IMG/VR virus record: IMGVR_UViG_3300044633_000899
Location: 186,001-250,000 of that record
Strand: one strand, 5' to 3'
Length of the DNA: 64,000 nt
Shown here: piece by piece, positions 1 to 10,036 of the stretch
How the letters are laid out: each line of letters opens with the position of its first letter
Position numbering within the stretch: the first letter of the stretch is position 1
Notes under the pieces: generated by a model
The model's database searches: none
Told to the model about the DNA's origin: nothing
The model's input: the letters and a program-made list of their open reading frames with translations, nothing else
Position numbers and translations under genes: made by a program

Positions 1-711
1 ATTACCAGTTGTTGATAAATTATCAATCCCCCATTCAATTAAATTCTTAACATATTTAACTTCCTGAATTACATTTGTGACTTTAGTTGAACCACTTTGA
101 ACTTTTTCTAGACCAAACGTTGACACTTGGACAAACGCTCGTTTATCATTAGGTATTGGTAACTCATTATTCCCTTGTACAATTTTACCAGACCTCATCA
201 ATACATAATCCTCACGAACAACAAGATCTGATGTCCCACGTCCAAGTAATGCGTTATCACCTGGTTCTGGATATATCCCAAAAATTTGAGGTTTTGTAAC
301 ACCTGTTTCACGATTTTTTAAATCATCCGTTTGTTTTAAAAATTCACCACTTGCTAACATTGATTGTGAGTTACTATATAACTCAAAAAAATTATTTTGT
401 GGTTTTGTGATTGGTCCTTGAATGTAGAATTTACTATTATCTAAACGCTCTCGTTTATCATAAAACAAAATATTAACATATTCTTGTTCTTTTGGTACTT
501 GATTAATATAATATGGTAAAAGTGGCAAACAGATATATGGGTCTCTGGCGGTCCATTTATCTTTAGTTTCATCCCAATTTTCGGGTAAGCCATCAGTATA
601 CCTTTCAAATGTTGGAACAACACGAATTCTACCCAACATTTTTGGGTCTTTATTGTCATTTACATATCCTTGAAATAATACCTTATTTTGAAACCACGTT
701 TCTAGACTCAT
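1..711 (-). CDS. Baseplate hub/spike (T4 gp5-like OB-fold N-terminus), partial; runs off the left edge
   Basis: Manual translation from the ATG at 711 gives MSLETWFQNKVLFQGYVNDNKDPKMLGRIRVVP...GIYPEPGDNALLGRGTSDLV, open to base 1. The DP-x-x-LGRIRV motif is typical of gp5/VgrG OB folds. Not in the supplied ORF track. Confidence 0.6.
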   Translation of the reverse strand, partial: MSLETWFQNKVLFQGYVNDNKDPKMLGRIRVVPTFERYTDGLPENWDETKDKWTARDPYICLPLLPYYINQVPKEQEYVNILFYDKRERLDNSKFYIQGPITKPQNNFFELYSNSQSMLASGEFLKQTDDLKNRETGVTKPQIFGIYPEPGDNALLGRGTSDLVVREDYVLMRSGKIVQGNNELPIPNDKRAFVQVSTFGLEKVQSGSTKVTNVIQEVKYVKNLIEWGIDNLSTTGN

Positions 712-919
712 ATTCTTTTAATATTGTGTTATATGTTATTTCTAATTTATCTAAATGTTCTGTTAGTTTTATTAAACTTTCTTTGGTTAACTCATAATCT
801 TTTTTCACAAACTCTAACACCAAAATTAAATCTTTATTTGGCCTTGATTTATAATCCTTAATAATTTCAATAACTTTTGTTGATTCTATTTTATCCATAT
901 TATTATATTTTTTTTCCAT
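683..919 (-). CDS. Small coiled-coil hypothetical protein (start may be 900)
   Basis: Co-oriented ORF packed between neighbours, with a heptad-like L/E/K-rich sequence. Confidence 0.6.
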   Translation of the reverse strand: MEKKYNNMDKIESTKVIEIIKDYKSRPNKDLILVLEFVKKDYELTKESLIKLTEHLDKLEITYNTILKEYESRNVVSK

Positions 920-2813
920 AAATAGTCTGACCTTGTGTTATACCAATTGGTAATACGGCTAAAGGTTTAACCGCAATTGCGTACTTACCATTTTGTGCTT
1001 CTTCTTTATCCATTCCGTCCATCATCCCTTTAATTGATGCTAACATTAAGTTTGGACTACCATCCGGCATAGGCCCAGTAGGTAAACCTAATTTCTCAAA
1101 CTCGTCAATAACGTTCAAAAACGCTCTTGTTGATGAATAACCATCCAATAATTCTGAACTCAATAATAATGGGTATGGTATATTATTACCAAAACCTTTA
1201 TTTGCTAATTTTAATAACCCAAGTAATTCATCAATAACACTTTTACATTCTCTAAAATCTTTAATCAAATTTAAAACCGCCAATAACACCTCTGTTAATG
1301 AACGAATAACCTCTAAACGTAATCTTAATTTCTCATTTGTTATGTCAGAAATAATAGATCTTATTAAATTTTTGATATCTTTTTTAATTATATCAACAAG
1401 TATCTCAATAAATAACGCGCTGATTTTAGATGTTAAATTAACTATAAATGACTTAAATTGCTTTACAAAATCCATAAAAGAATTTATTTGGTTATCAACA
1501 TTCTCACCTAACGCTTTAATTGCGATAAATAATGGTAATAAGACTTTTGGTGATAATAATGTCATAACAACCGCCTTTGGAAATTCCTTTAGGAAGGACA
1601 AATCAATATTAATTTTAAGTGGAAACCAACCTGGATTTTCAGTTAAAACATCGGTAATGTTACTTGACTGATCTATCGCGTTATTATTATCGTCACCTTC
1701 AAAATTTAAATTGTTTATCGCCGTTAAAATATCACCAGTATTTACTGGTAATTTAACGGTGTCACATTCTTCAAATTCAACAACACCAAGTTTAATATCT
1801 GATATTGTTTGATCAATAATACGTAAGTCAATTTCAGTAAATTCAAAAAAAGATTCATCAATACTATCACTTTCGGATAATTTAGCGGAACCTGAAACAT
1901 CAATTTCTTTTGTTTTATCAAAACACAAACCGAGAACTCTTTGTAGAATCAGTAACACCTTTTGGAAATCACCAAGGTCTATTTTACCGTCACCCCTTTC
2001 TATTGATATCGCACCACATAACTGGTTCATTAGGTTTGCAAAAAAATTCTTATACTCGATAAATGTTATTGTTGAGTAGTAGTCTTTTAAAAATTCGGTA
2101 ATTTTGTTAACACTAACTCTATTTTTTAGGTCTATTTTAAAAAAACTTCCTTGTATTGTTTGGAGTGTCACTGTGTCAAAATAACTTTCAACATATGTTA
2201 TGTCAAAAAGTTCTTGACCTGATTTTCCTTTATATGATTGTCCCGCAGCAATTGAAAATGGTTGATTAATATTTTGGATTCTGTTATATAATTCTTTATT
2301 CATCGCAAACGGATAGTTAAAAAACTGAACACCATCTTTTTCATATGCTATCTTACCAATATCACTTGCTGGGTCTTCTCGTAATAAATTCTGTAAATCA
2401 ATCGCTTTTACACGAATATATAATGTTTGATTAACATATGTTTGATCCTGAGAACACCCAACTGTTTTAATTACTTCTTGATTTAATAACTCAATTATTT
2501 TTGGTTGTAATTCTTTAATGGCCTTAACAAACGATTTTTTTAAATATTGTTTTGTATTATTACCAGAACCTGTTGATAAAAACTTTAACTCAAGCAAATT
2601 ATCTAATTGGGTTTTTAAATTTTTTTGATATTTCTTTTTTAAATTGGACGCATCAGATAAGGTTGTTGAGGTTTTATCTTTCTTTTTTTCAAACGACGAA
2701 CCCGTTTTCTTTTTTAAGTTATCAACATCATCTTTTATTTTTTTATATTTTTTGTTTGTTGTAACTTTGTTAGAAATTGATTTAAACCCTTCATTAATAT
2801 CTGGTACTGGCAT
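903..2813 (-). CDS. 636-aa hypothetical protein, probably virion structural (baseplate region)
   Basis: Long ORF with no recognised motif, lying next to the gp5-like gene. Confidence 0.6.
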   Translation of the reverse strand: MPVPDINEGFKSISNKVTTNKKYKKIKDDVDNLKKKTGSSFEKKKDKTSTTLSDASNLKKKYQKNLKTQLDNLLELKFLSTGSGNNTKQYLKKSFVKAIKELQPKIIELLNQEVIKTVGCSQDQTYVNQTLYIRVKAIDLQNLLREDPASDIGKIAYEKDGVQFFNYPFAMNKELYNRIQNINQPFSIAAGQSYKGKSGQELFDITYVESYFDTVTLQTIQGSFFKIDLKNRVSVNKITEFLKDYYSTITFIEYKNFFANLMNQLCGAISIERGDGKIDLGDFQKVLLILQRVLGLCFDKTKEIDVSGSAKLSESDSIDESFFEFTEIDLRIIDQTISDIKLGVVEFEECDTVKLPVNTGDILTAINNLNFEGDDNNNAIDQSSNITDVLTENPGWFPLKINIDLSFLKEFPKAVVMTLLSPKVLLPLFIAIKALGENVDNQINSFMDFVKQFKSFIVNLTSKISALFIEILVDIIKKDIKNLIRSIISDITNEKLRLRLEVIRSLTEVLLAVLNLIKDFRECKSVIDELLGLLKLANKGFGNNIPYPLLLSSELLDGYSSTRAFLNVIDEFEKLGLPTGPMPDGSPNLMLASIKGMMDGMDKEEAQNGKYAIAVKPLAVLPIGITQGQTIYGKKI

Positions 2814-2814
2814 T

Positions 2815-3183
2815 TTATTTGTTTAATTTATAATTTGTTGATGTGTCTTTATCTATTAGTGATTTCATTATTTCATCATCTAAATCTAAATCTGATAATG
2901 TGAAATTATCTTCTTCTTTCATTGACGATTTTTGCCAAATTTGTGTTTGTAATTTAGATAACGATAATTTTTTTTCAACACAATCGTTAATAATCTTTTG
3001 TTGTTTTTCAATAACAGGACCAATCAATGTCATATCTTCAGGTTCTTTCATCATTGTTAACATTTTATTTTGTATACGAATTGCTGTATTACGTTGTTCA
3101 ACAAGTTCATTATAAATTTCTTGCATTAACGAGATTATCGATTCTTTTGATGTGTTTATTTCTTTTTTTGCTGGTCTACCCAT
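2815..3183 (-). CDS. Hypothetical coiled-coil protein
   Basis: ORF abuts 903-2813. A TATTTAT motif lies 4 nt upstream of the ATG (3188-3194). Confidence 0.65.
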   Translation of the reverse strand: MGRPAKKEINTSKESIISLMQEIYNELVEQRNTAIRIQNKMLTMMKEPEDMTLIGPVIEKQQKIINDCVEKKLSLSKLQTQIWQKSSMKEEDNFTLSDLDLDDEIMKSLIDKDTSTNYKLNK

Positions 3184-3195
3184 AACAATAAATAG

Positions 3196-3945
3196 TTATT
3201 TATATATTTCGTTAATTATTTTTGTATATATTTTTTTGTATTTTTTAATTGAAACTCTAATTTCTTTTGTTGAAAGATTCGTCATCTCACGTAATTCAAA
3301 TAATATAATGTTTTTATTAAATTTATTATTGTTTGTCGTTTCTTGGAATATACTTGTGTAATTTGAGAATATATCATACAACGCAGCACCTAGTTTTCTT
3401 TCTTCCTCAATCATTGATTCGTCATCTAAAATAGTTTTAAGTTCGTCCAAAAATTTAACGATAACTTGTTCTGTCGTTACATCGTCATTGTCAATGTAAT
3501 AAACCATACTTGGTAACCCATCTAAATCACTAGAAATATCTTCATACGAAATTTTCCTATTTATTTCTTTTTGATCCTTTTGTATTTGACCCATTAAATA
3601 GTTCTTACAAATAGTTCCAAAATATGAATATGCTTTTTTTTCTTTTGACGGTTTGAATTTATCAATTTTAGTCATCAAAAACGAATGAGTATCCATATGG
3701 ACTTCATTGAAGTCCATATCTTTTCTATATAATTTATATCGTCTGATTATTGACGAAATCATTTTATCTAAAGGTTCTTTTAAAAACTCATTGTAAATTT
3801 TATTTTTCTCTTCAATTGAATCTGTTATTAGAAATTCTCTAACAGCGTTTTCTTCTGGTTCGTCAAAATAATTTTTTTGAGTTGGTTTACGACCTTTCTT
3901 TTTCTTTTCAGTTCCTTGTTCTAGTGATTCTTCATTTTCTGACAT
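3196..3945 (-). CDS. Late-transcription sigma factor, T4 gp55-like
   Basis: KFKPSKEKKAYSYFGTICKNYLMGQIQK resembles the gp55/sigma region 2 motif. The likely start MSENEE at 3945 overlaps the upstream stop (TAATG), rather than the track start at 3996. Confidence 0.65.
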   Translation of the reverse strand: MSENEESLEQGTEKKKKGRKPTQKNYFDEPEENAVREFLITDSIEEKNKIYNEFLKEPLDKMISSIIRRYKLYRKDMDFNEVHMDTHSFLMTKIDKFKPSKEKKAYSYFGTICKNYLMGQIQKDQKEINRKISYEDISSDLDGLPSMVYYIDNDDVTTEQVIVKFLDELKTILDDESMIEEERKLGAALYDIFSNYTSIFQETTNNNKFNKNIILFELREMTNLSTKEIRVSIKKYKKIYTKIINEIYK

Positions 3946-4754
3946 TAAACTTCTTGGGGATCGTAATTTATCTCTCGTTGAGTAATAAATAAACATTCCT
4001 TTCTAGCAGAGTCAATCCAAAATTTAACCTCATCCTCAATCAATCTATCTTCACTATACTTATAATTCCAAAATATGGATCCTTCACGCATATTCATATG
4101 TTTATAACCAATTTTTGGTATTGTCATAAAGTTAACAGATGAATTTGTCATTCGTAAAAAGAACTCATAACCAAATGTTAATTTTATATTTGATTTAAAA
4201 CCACCATACTCTAAAAATTTGTCTTTATTGATAACAAGTCCTGATATTTGGAAATTTTGATACGTTTGTAACGTTTCGTTTGTTAAAACACCCATCTCTG
4301 TTGTAAAATTTGCTGCAAATGTTGCTTCGTTTGTAAACCCAGCGAAAACACCTTTTTCATCAACATCAACAACTATAGGTAAAAACGCATCAACAGATTT
4401 ATAAATACCCATATAATTTGTGACATGTTTGAACCAAATATTTGAGTATTCATCGTCAAACTCTAATAACGATACCCAGTTACTTGTTGCTTGTCTTACA
4501 CCTTCATTAACTTGTTCGGCAAAATTAGGACTTTCTGTCCATAAAACACGATTAACCGTTAAACCACTAAAATCAAATTTATCTAAAAAATTAACTAATA
4601 AATCTTCATCTGTGTGAACAATTACTAATTCATTAACATATGATTCTTGATTTTTAACTGACATCACACTTTTTGTAAAGTATTCATCAAATTGTCCTAA
4701 CTTACCACTTTTAATTGGTAGTACTACTGATATTTTATTTTCCATATTATTCAA
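3945..4754 (-). CDS. Glycosyltransferase family 2 (GT-A)
   Basis: N-terminal ISVVLPI strand, LLEFDDEY DxD-like motif, NFAEQVNEGV segment. Confidence 0.8.
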   Translation of the reverse strand: MNNMENKISVVLPIKSGKLGQFDEYFTKSVMSVKNQESYVNELVIVHTDEDLLVNFLDKFDFSGLTVNRVLWTESPNFAEQVNEGVRQATSNWVSLLEFDDEYSNIWFKHVTNYMGIYKSVDAFLPIVVDVDEKGVFAGFTNEATFAANFTTEMGVLTNETLQTYQNFQISGLVINKDKFLEYGGFKSNIKLTFGYEFFLRMTNSSVNFMTIPKIGYKHMNMREGSIFWNYKYSEDRLIEDEVKFWIDSARKECLFITQREINYDPQEV

Positions 4755-5808
4755 TTGTTTCTAATTTATTTAATTGTTCTTCAAAACTACTTAATCTTGT
4801 TGTAATCATTTTATCAAATGTTGATACAACATTTTCTGTGAATGTTTCATTAGTAATTAATGATTCTGTTGTTTTATCCATCTCAGTATGTAATTCAGGA
4901 CTAATATTATCTTCCAACCAATTCTGAATATAATCCGCGATAACGTCAACTAAAATGTTTTTATTATTAATCCAAATACCGTTATTTTCATTCATCCATT
5001 CTGGAATCATATTCGGAACTACACCAATTACTGGAATACCCATTTTAATTGATTCTAAAGGAAATGTACCGTATGCTGAATTATCGTCAACCCAAACAGA
5101 TACAAAACTTTCAGACATTCTTTGTGCAAATTCTTCCTCAGACAACCCTCTTAAATCTCTAAACGTAAACCATCTGTATTGTGGAAATCTAGAATAAAAC
5201 GCTTTGATTGTGTTTGTCGTATCTCTATGATCTCTTGTATGAATATTAATAATTGTTTTAGGTGGTAATTCTTGTTTTACAAAGTTATCAGAAATCATCG
5301 GTTCAACAACGTCAACAGAAACGTTTCTCATTGTTTTTTCTACCCATTCTTTCTGTCTTTCTGATGTTGTGATACATTTTAAAAACCCAAAATTTGACCA
5401 GTTTTCACCTGGTTGTAACGCATCAAAAATATAGTCATATGATTGACAAAGAACAATTTTACCACAAGGTGCATTTTTAATTTGTTCCATAACAAAACCA
5501 TAAATTTCAGGTATTACCAATAGATCTTCTGGTGATATCTCAAGACTAGAACCGTCAATTGGTTTATGTGGTAGTTCAGTCATATATTTTTCACCTAACC
5601 ACTCAGAAACACCTTGGTAGTCTGGTTTTTCGTGTAAAATAATTGAGTTATACCCGGATTCTTTTAAAGACATTGCCATTTGGTAAATGTATCTAACGGA
5701 CGCTTTCGCGTTTCCTTTAGTTTCTTGTACCAAAAAATAAATCCGATTTTGTTTGTTTCGCATGTTCTCAATAGAACGTTCTAATTTTGAAATTTGTTCT
5801 TGATTCAT
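4747..5808 (-). CDS. GT-B fold glycosyltransferase-like protein (GT4-like)
   Basis: C-terminal FGTFPLES-type motif (SAYGTFPLESIKMGIPVIG) typical of GT4. Confidence 0.7.
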   Translation of the reverse strand: MNQEQISKLERSIENMRNKQNRIYFLVQETKGNAKASVRYIYQMAMSLKESGYNSIILHEKPDYQGVSEWLGEKYMTELPHKPIDGSSLEISPEDLLVIPEIYGFVMEQIKNAPCGKIVLCQSYDYIFDALQPGENWSNFGFLKCITTSERQKEWVEKTMRNVSVDVVEPMISDNFVKQELPPKTIINIHTRDHRDTTNTIKAFYSRFPQYRWFTFRDLRGLSEEEFAQRMSESFVSVWVDDNSAYGTFPLESIKMGIPVIGVVPNMIPEWMNENNGIWINNKNILVDVIADYIQNWLEDNISPELHTEMDKTTESLITNETFTENVVSTFDKMITTRLSSFEEQLNKLETIE

Positions 5809-5815
5809 ATTTTTT

Positions 5816-6070
5816 TTATAGTTTATTTATTATACCCTTCATTAATAGGGTGTTGAATGCTAATTTAAATGGTATTGGTACGTTTGTAGACTTAAACCCT
5901 ACTTGTTCATCAATCTCTTCGGGTTCACTAAGGATAATCTCCAACATTAACTTTATTGTTTCATATTTCACAAAATGAACTTGTGTTTCACCCGAAACAG
6001 ATTTTAAACTAGTATAATCTTCAATCTTGTCTAGATCAACGTAGTAATTTTCATTAATAACTTTAAACAT
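5816..6070 (-). CDS. Hypothetical protein
   Basis: Co-oriented ORF overlapping the upstream stop. Confidence 0.6.
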   Translation of the reverse strand: MFKVINENYYVDLDKIEDYTSLKSVSGETQVHFVKYETIKLMLEIILSEPEEIDEQVGFKSTNVPIPFKLAFNTLLMKGIINKL

Positions 6071-6722
6071 ATTGTGTTATTTTTTTAAGTACTCCTTTAA
6101 ACTCAGATAATGAATTTATTTCATATTCTGAATTTATGTGTTTATTATATTTAGTATTAAACTTAATTAAAACTTTATCTACTGGTTTATTTAATAATAG
6201 GTTAGGATTAGCAGTAAGTAAAATGTCAATTTCATCCCAAATGATATTTTTTGTTGATTCACTATAAAAAACTATTTTTTCTAATAAACAACCAAATTTT
6301 GACAAGAAAAATAATGTCGCTGGTTTTGATTTACCAATTTCATCAGATAGTATTGTCAAGTCATAATCGTTTCTTAAATCATAATAAATTTCATTTAATA
6401 AATTAAAAGTACTAAGTTCTGTTGATGGTGCATGACCAAATATCTCCATCGTATAGTCTTCAAAAAGAAAAGAATATAGTTCATCTTGATTCTGAAATGA
6501 AAAGTGTGATTTTAAATCTAATGACGTAACATCACTTAATATTTCATATTTAAAATGTTCTGGTTGTACAATTTCTTCAGTGTTACCAGACATATCAACT
6601 TTAAATGTTTGACCAATAAAATCGTTCTGATTATTATCAATCAAATATTTTTGATAAAGTTGCGTAAATTTTTCAATTGTGTCACGTAAAACACCATTAA
6701 CCTCAATCCCTATTTTCTTCAT
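6063..6722 (-). CDS. HAD-superfamily 5'(3')-nucleotidase-like protein with a degenerate motif I
   Basis: Starts KKIGIEVNGVLRD, at the position of the NT5C-like IGIDxDGVL motif. Confidence 0.55.
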   Translation of the reverse strand: MKKIGIEVNGVLRDTIEKFTQLYQKYLIDNNQNDFIGQTFKVDMSGNTEEIVQPEHFKYEILSDVTSLDLKSHFSFQNQDELYSFLFEDYTMEIFGHAPSTELSTFNLLNEIYYDLRNDYDLTILSDEIGKSKPATLFFLSKFGCLLEKIVFYSESTKNIIWDEIDILLTANPNLLLNKPVDKVLIKFNTKYNKHINSEYEINSLSEFKGVLKKITQYV

Positions 6723-7440
6723 ATTCTTCTAACATTTTACTAATTAATGGATTACGTACATTTTTAGCACCCCTAAAATCATAAATCCCAATGTCATTAA
6801 TATTTTTAAATCTTTGTAATGCGTCGTACAAACCTGATTGTTTTTTATCTTTATATCTATCTGTTTGTTCCAAATCTCCAGATATAAAAAATTTACTATT
6901 AAAACCAATTCTTGTCAATAGTAATTTCATTTGATTTGGTGTTGAGTTTTGTGCTTCTTCAAAAATAAGTATTGAATTATCGATGTTCATACCTCGCATG
7001 TATGCTAATGCAAAAACCTCAATAACCTCAGCGTCCTTTAGTTTTTCCCTCACGTCTTTACCAATAATTTTATTTAAAAGATAATAAGAGGGGAAAATGT
7101 AAGGATCTAATTTTTCTTCAAGATTTCCAGGAAGTGAACCAAGTTTCTCCTCGGCTTCTACCGCGGGTCTTACAATTATTATTTTTTCATAAGAATTATC
7201 CGGATCCAATAGTAAATCAACCGCAGCTTTCATTGCAATATATGATTTACCAACACCGGCTGGTCCTGACGCAATTGTAATTTGATTTGATTTTAATATA
7301 TTATAATAATCTTCTTGATGTTCAGATAAGAATTTATTTCTTTGTCGTTTTTTTATAACCGAATTAATAAACTCTTTTTTTGAGAATGGCTTAGATTCTT
7401 GTTCTTCATTTGTTATTGGTGTTTTTCTTTTACTTGTCAT
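6703..7440 (-). CDS. phoH: PhoH-family ATPase
   Basis: GPAGVGKS Walker A, RPAVEAEEKLGSLPG, AYMRG, EEAQN, LTRIG and GDLEQTD motifs. Confidence 0.95.
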   Translation of the reverse strand: MTSKRKTPITNEEQESKPFSKKEFINSVIKKRQRNKFLSEHQEDYYNILKSNQITIASGPAGVGKSYIAMKAAVDLLLDPDNSYEKIIIVRPAVEAEEKLGSLPGNLEEKLDPYIFPSYYLLNKIIGKDVREKLKDAEVIEVFALAYMRGMNIDNSILIFEEAQNSTPNQMKLLLTRIGFNSKFFISGDLEQTDRYKDKKQSGLYDALQRFKNINDIGIYDFRGAKNVRNPLISKMLEEYEENRD

Positions 7441-7457
7441 AAGTTTTTTTATTTAAA

Positions 7458-7826
7458 TTAAATATAAAACCATCTTATAAATAATAAACACCCGAATAAC
7501 CAAATTATTGGGAATGTCCTATTTTTCCCAATAGTCTTAAATGTCTTTAAACAATTTTCAATAACATCTGTTTTATTAAACATTATGTCATCATCTAATG
7601 TAAAAATAAAACCTTCATCAACCATTGACCCAACTAACCATCTTGGCCAACATTTAAAATTATTTGACGAATTAATTTGAACATCTACATCATAAGATGT
7701 CTTATCCTCAATATTATTATTCCATAACCATATATCAACATCAATTGATTGATCCCGTATGGATTGAATTACTTTAACAATGTTTTCTTGTCGTTTCCAA
7801 TTTAATAATAGTGCAGTTACTTTCAT
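7458..7826 (-). pseudogene. Truncated GT-A glycosyltransferase-like ORF
   Basis: GT-like N-terminus (LLLNWKR...FTLDDDI) but only 122 aa, with an aberrant hydrophobic tail. A one-base shift gives IIGYSGVYYL followed by a stop. Confidence 0.4.
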
Positions 7827-7828
7827 TA

Positions 7829-8590
7829 TTAAAATAATTTACTATCTGTAATATATTCAGGTAATTTAGTTAAGGAGTTTCTCCAGTCATTTAAAATATC
7901 GTTTATTTTTTTTTCGTCTGTCATTGAATACCTGTCTGTTGATTTAGAATATAAATTATTACTAATAATATTATTATTCACCATAATCATAGGACAACAT
8001 TTACCAATATCAATTAAAAAAATATTATCTGAAATTTTATTACCATTTTTATTATGTCTTCCTCCATCCCACGTATAATAACTTTTTAGTACGGTTACTT
8101 TTGAATGGTGTTCATCATCAAAAACACAAAAAGACCTTTGGTTTAAAATTTTATCGTCTTTATTAATAATGTTCTCGGTTATGTCGGGTATTATGACCAC
8201 ACCTTTAGGTGTTATAAAATCCGAATCATTATTAATAATGTAATTACGTAAATCTGTGTGATATAAAATCTCATCAATATCAACATATATTGTAATAAAT
8301 CCTTTTGATATGTAGTGATCAACAAATGAGTTTTGTTTACCTAATAAAATTGGAACACCTATGTGTGAGTTCTTAACCATTTCAAAAGAGTCTTCAGAAA
8401 ACCCTTTAGTTTTTAAATAATCTGAAACCACATCAAAATTTTTATCTAAAATTAAAAAATGAAACTCACTGTAATTAAAAAATTTTAAGTAGTAGTCAAT
8501 AAAAATATCGGAAATAATATTAGATCTATCTATGTAAGTTCCAATTTTTAATTTAACATTATCAATGTGTTTTTTCATAACCCTCTTCAA
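7829..8590 (-). CDS. GT2-like glycosyltransferase
   Basis: YVDIDEILY DxDE motif and WDGGRH. Confidence 0.6.
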   Translation of the reverse strand: MKRVMKKHIDNVKLKIGTYIDRSNIISDIFIDYYLKFFNYSEFHFLILDKNFDVVSDYLKTKGFSEDSFEMVKNSHIGVPILLGKQNSFVDHYISKGFITIYVDIDEILYHTDLRNYIINNDSDFITPKGVVIIPDITENIINKDDKILNQRSFCVFDDEHHSKVTVLKSYYTWDGGRHNKNGNKISDNIFLIDIGKCCPMIMVNNNIISNNLYSKSTDRYSMTDEKKINDILNDWRNSLTKLPEYITDSKLF

Positions 8591-9272
8591 TATGTTTACA
8601 CGTAACTTTATTAACTAAAACACCCTTCAAATTATTATTATTAAAATATTCTCTTATCCTATACCATAAATCGGCATCACCAGGTAATCCTGAAAATCCT
8701 GTTTCTTCAAAGACATTTCTATGTCTAAGTGGTATTTTTTTAAAATTTATACAAGTTGATGAATGTATTAAACCTTCAGGTGTTGGATTAAATTCTACTA
8801 ACTCCAAATCACTATTTATCATTGGATATTCCATAAAATGTTTGTATTCTGATTTAGTACATAACCATAATGAATTTGTTTTTATTATGGCATCGTTTAA
8901 TGATGAAAGATGATTTGGGTACCACTCATCATCATGATCTAAATGGCAAACATATTCATAACCATCTGATATTGATTTATTAATACCATAATTATTTGCA
9001 AAACACCCACCATATTTCCATATTAATGTTTTGTCAGTATATTTATCTCTTTCATGTGCAATAGGTAGATTCTCAAAATATATTTTATCTTTTGGGAATT
9101 CATTAAAAATAGATTCAAACTCTTCATTATTTTCATATTTATCTCCAATAACATAAATTTTAAATAGATGATAATCTTGATCAAATATGCTCTGTAATGC
9201 TCTTTTTAAATATTTTGGGGTGTTACCATCTTTTCTTTGGTAAGTTGTTATAACTATACTAAAATCAATCAT
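8562..9272 (-). CDS. Glycosyltransferase family 2
   Basis: FSIVITTY, YVIGD, NYGIN and HLDHDDEW motifs. Confidence 0.85.
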   Translation of the reverse strand: MIDFSIVITTYQRKDGNTPKYLKRALQSIFDQDYHLFKIYVIGDKYENNEEFESIFNEFPKDKIYFENLPIAHERDKYTDKTLIWKYGGCFANNYGINKSISDGYEYVCHLDHDDEWYPNHLSSLNDAIIKTNSLWLCTKSEYKHFMEYPMINSDLELVEFNPTPEGLIHSSTCINFKKIPLRHRNVFEETGFSGLPGDADLWYRIREYFNNNNLKGVLVNKVTCKHIEEGYEKTH

Positions 9273-10036
9273 TTTGTTGTGGGTTTATAAATGTATGGAT
9301 TAGGAAACCCTCTATCAATAAAATCTTGATCTACCATATTAGTATATCTAAAATGACATGACCATCTTATTGTGTTGTTATAAATATCACCAGATGAGTG
9401 TATTAGAAAAGTTGAAAATATTGCAATATCTCCAATCTCAAGTTCCGGTTGAATGTGGCCTCCACTTATTTCTACAGATGCAAATCCACCAACTGATTTA
9501 TAAGGTAATGGTCCTAATTTATGTGTTTTTGGCCAAATAAGTATAGACCCATTTTCTTTATTAACATCTACCAATGGTACCCACAAAACTATTGAGTCGG
9601 AACTTGATTCCATAGATAACCAATCCTGATGAGGTGGAGTTTTATAATAGTGTTCTTCTTTTGCTAATTTAGGGTGGTTAAAAAATAATACAGGTCTAGT
9701 ACATAAATTAGGGAATGATAAACCTAAACCATTTATCAAACTCAATAACTTATCTTCAACTGGAAGTTTATATAATTCTATTAATCCAGACTGAATTATT
9801 TTGCCGCAATTAATAAAAACTTCTTCGTGGTTCTGAAATAATTTAACCATATTTTCAGTAAAATCACCCGTGTAACCGTATTTATTAAATTGAATTTTAA
9901 ATATTTCCTCCGCCTTATTTCGTAAGGTATTAATATATTCTTTATTAAAGAAATTTTTAATTATTATAAATCCATTTTCATGTAATTCATTCTTTAACTG
10001 CGTAACCAATTCCGGTTTTACCAAATCTATTTCCAT
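9269..10036 (-). CDS. PhyH-family 2-oxoglutarate/Fe(II) dioxygenase
   Basis: PPHQDW (HxD), WVPLVDV..ENG, GDIAIFS..IHSSG and IRWS motifs. Confidence 0.88.
   Translation of the reverse strand: MEIDLVKPELVTQLKNELHENGFIIIKNFFNKEYINTLRNKAEEIFKIQFNKYGYTGDFTENMVKLFQNHEEVFINCGKIIQSGLIELYKLPVEDKLLSLINGLGLSFPNLCTRPVLFFNHPKLAKEEHYYKTPPHQDWLSMESSSDSIVLWVPLVDVNKENGSILIWPKTHKLGPLPYKSVGGFASVEISGGHIQPELEIGDIAIFSTFLIHSSGDIYNNTIRWSCHFRYTNMVDQDFIDRGFPNPYIYKPTTK

Noticed and set aside
441-659. 72-aa minus-strand ORF from the track
   Set aside because: It lies in a different frame inside the real gp5-like ORF (1-711), which the track omitted because it runs off the window.
9269-10036. PhyH dioxygenase as the prolyl hydroxylase that supplies hydroxyproline to GT60
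   Set aside because: Its motifs fit the PhyH family, not the P4H/PHD class, and it sits in the sugar-tailoring module. Thr acceptors make hydroxylation unnecessary. Not excluded experimentally.
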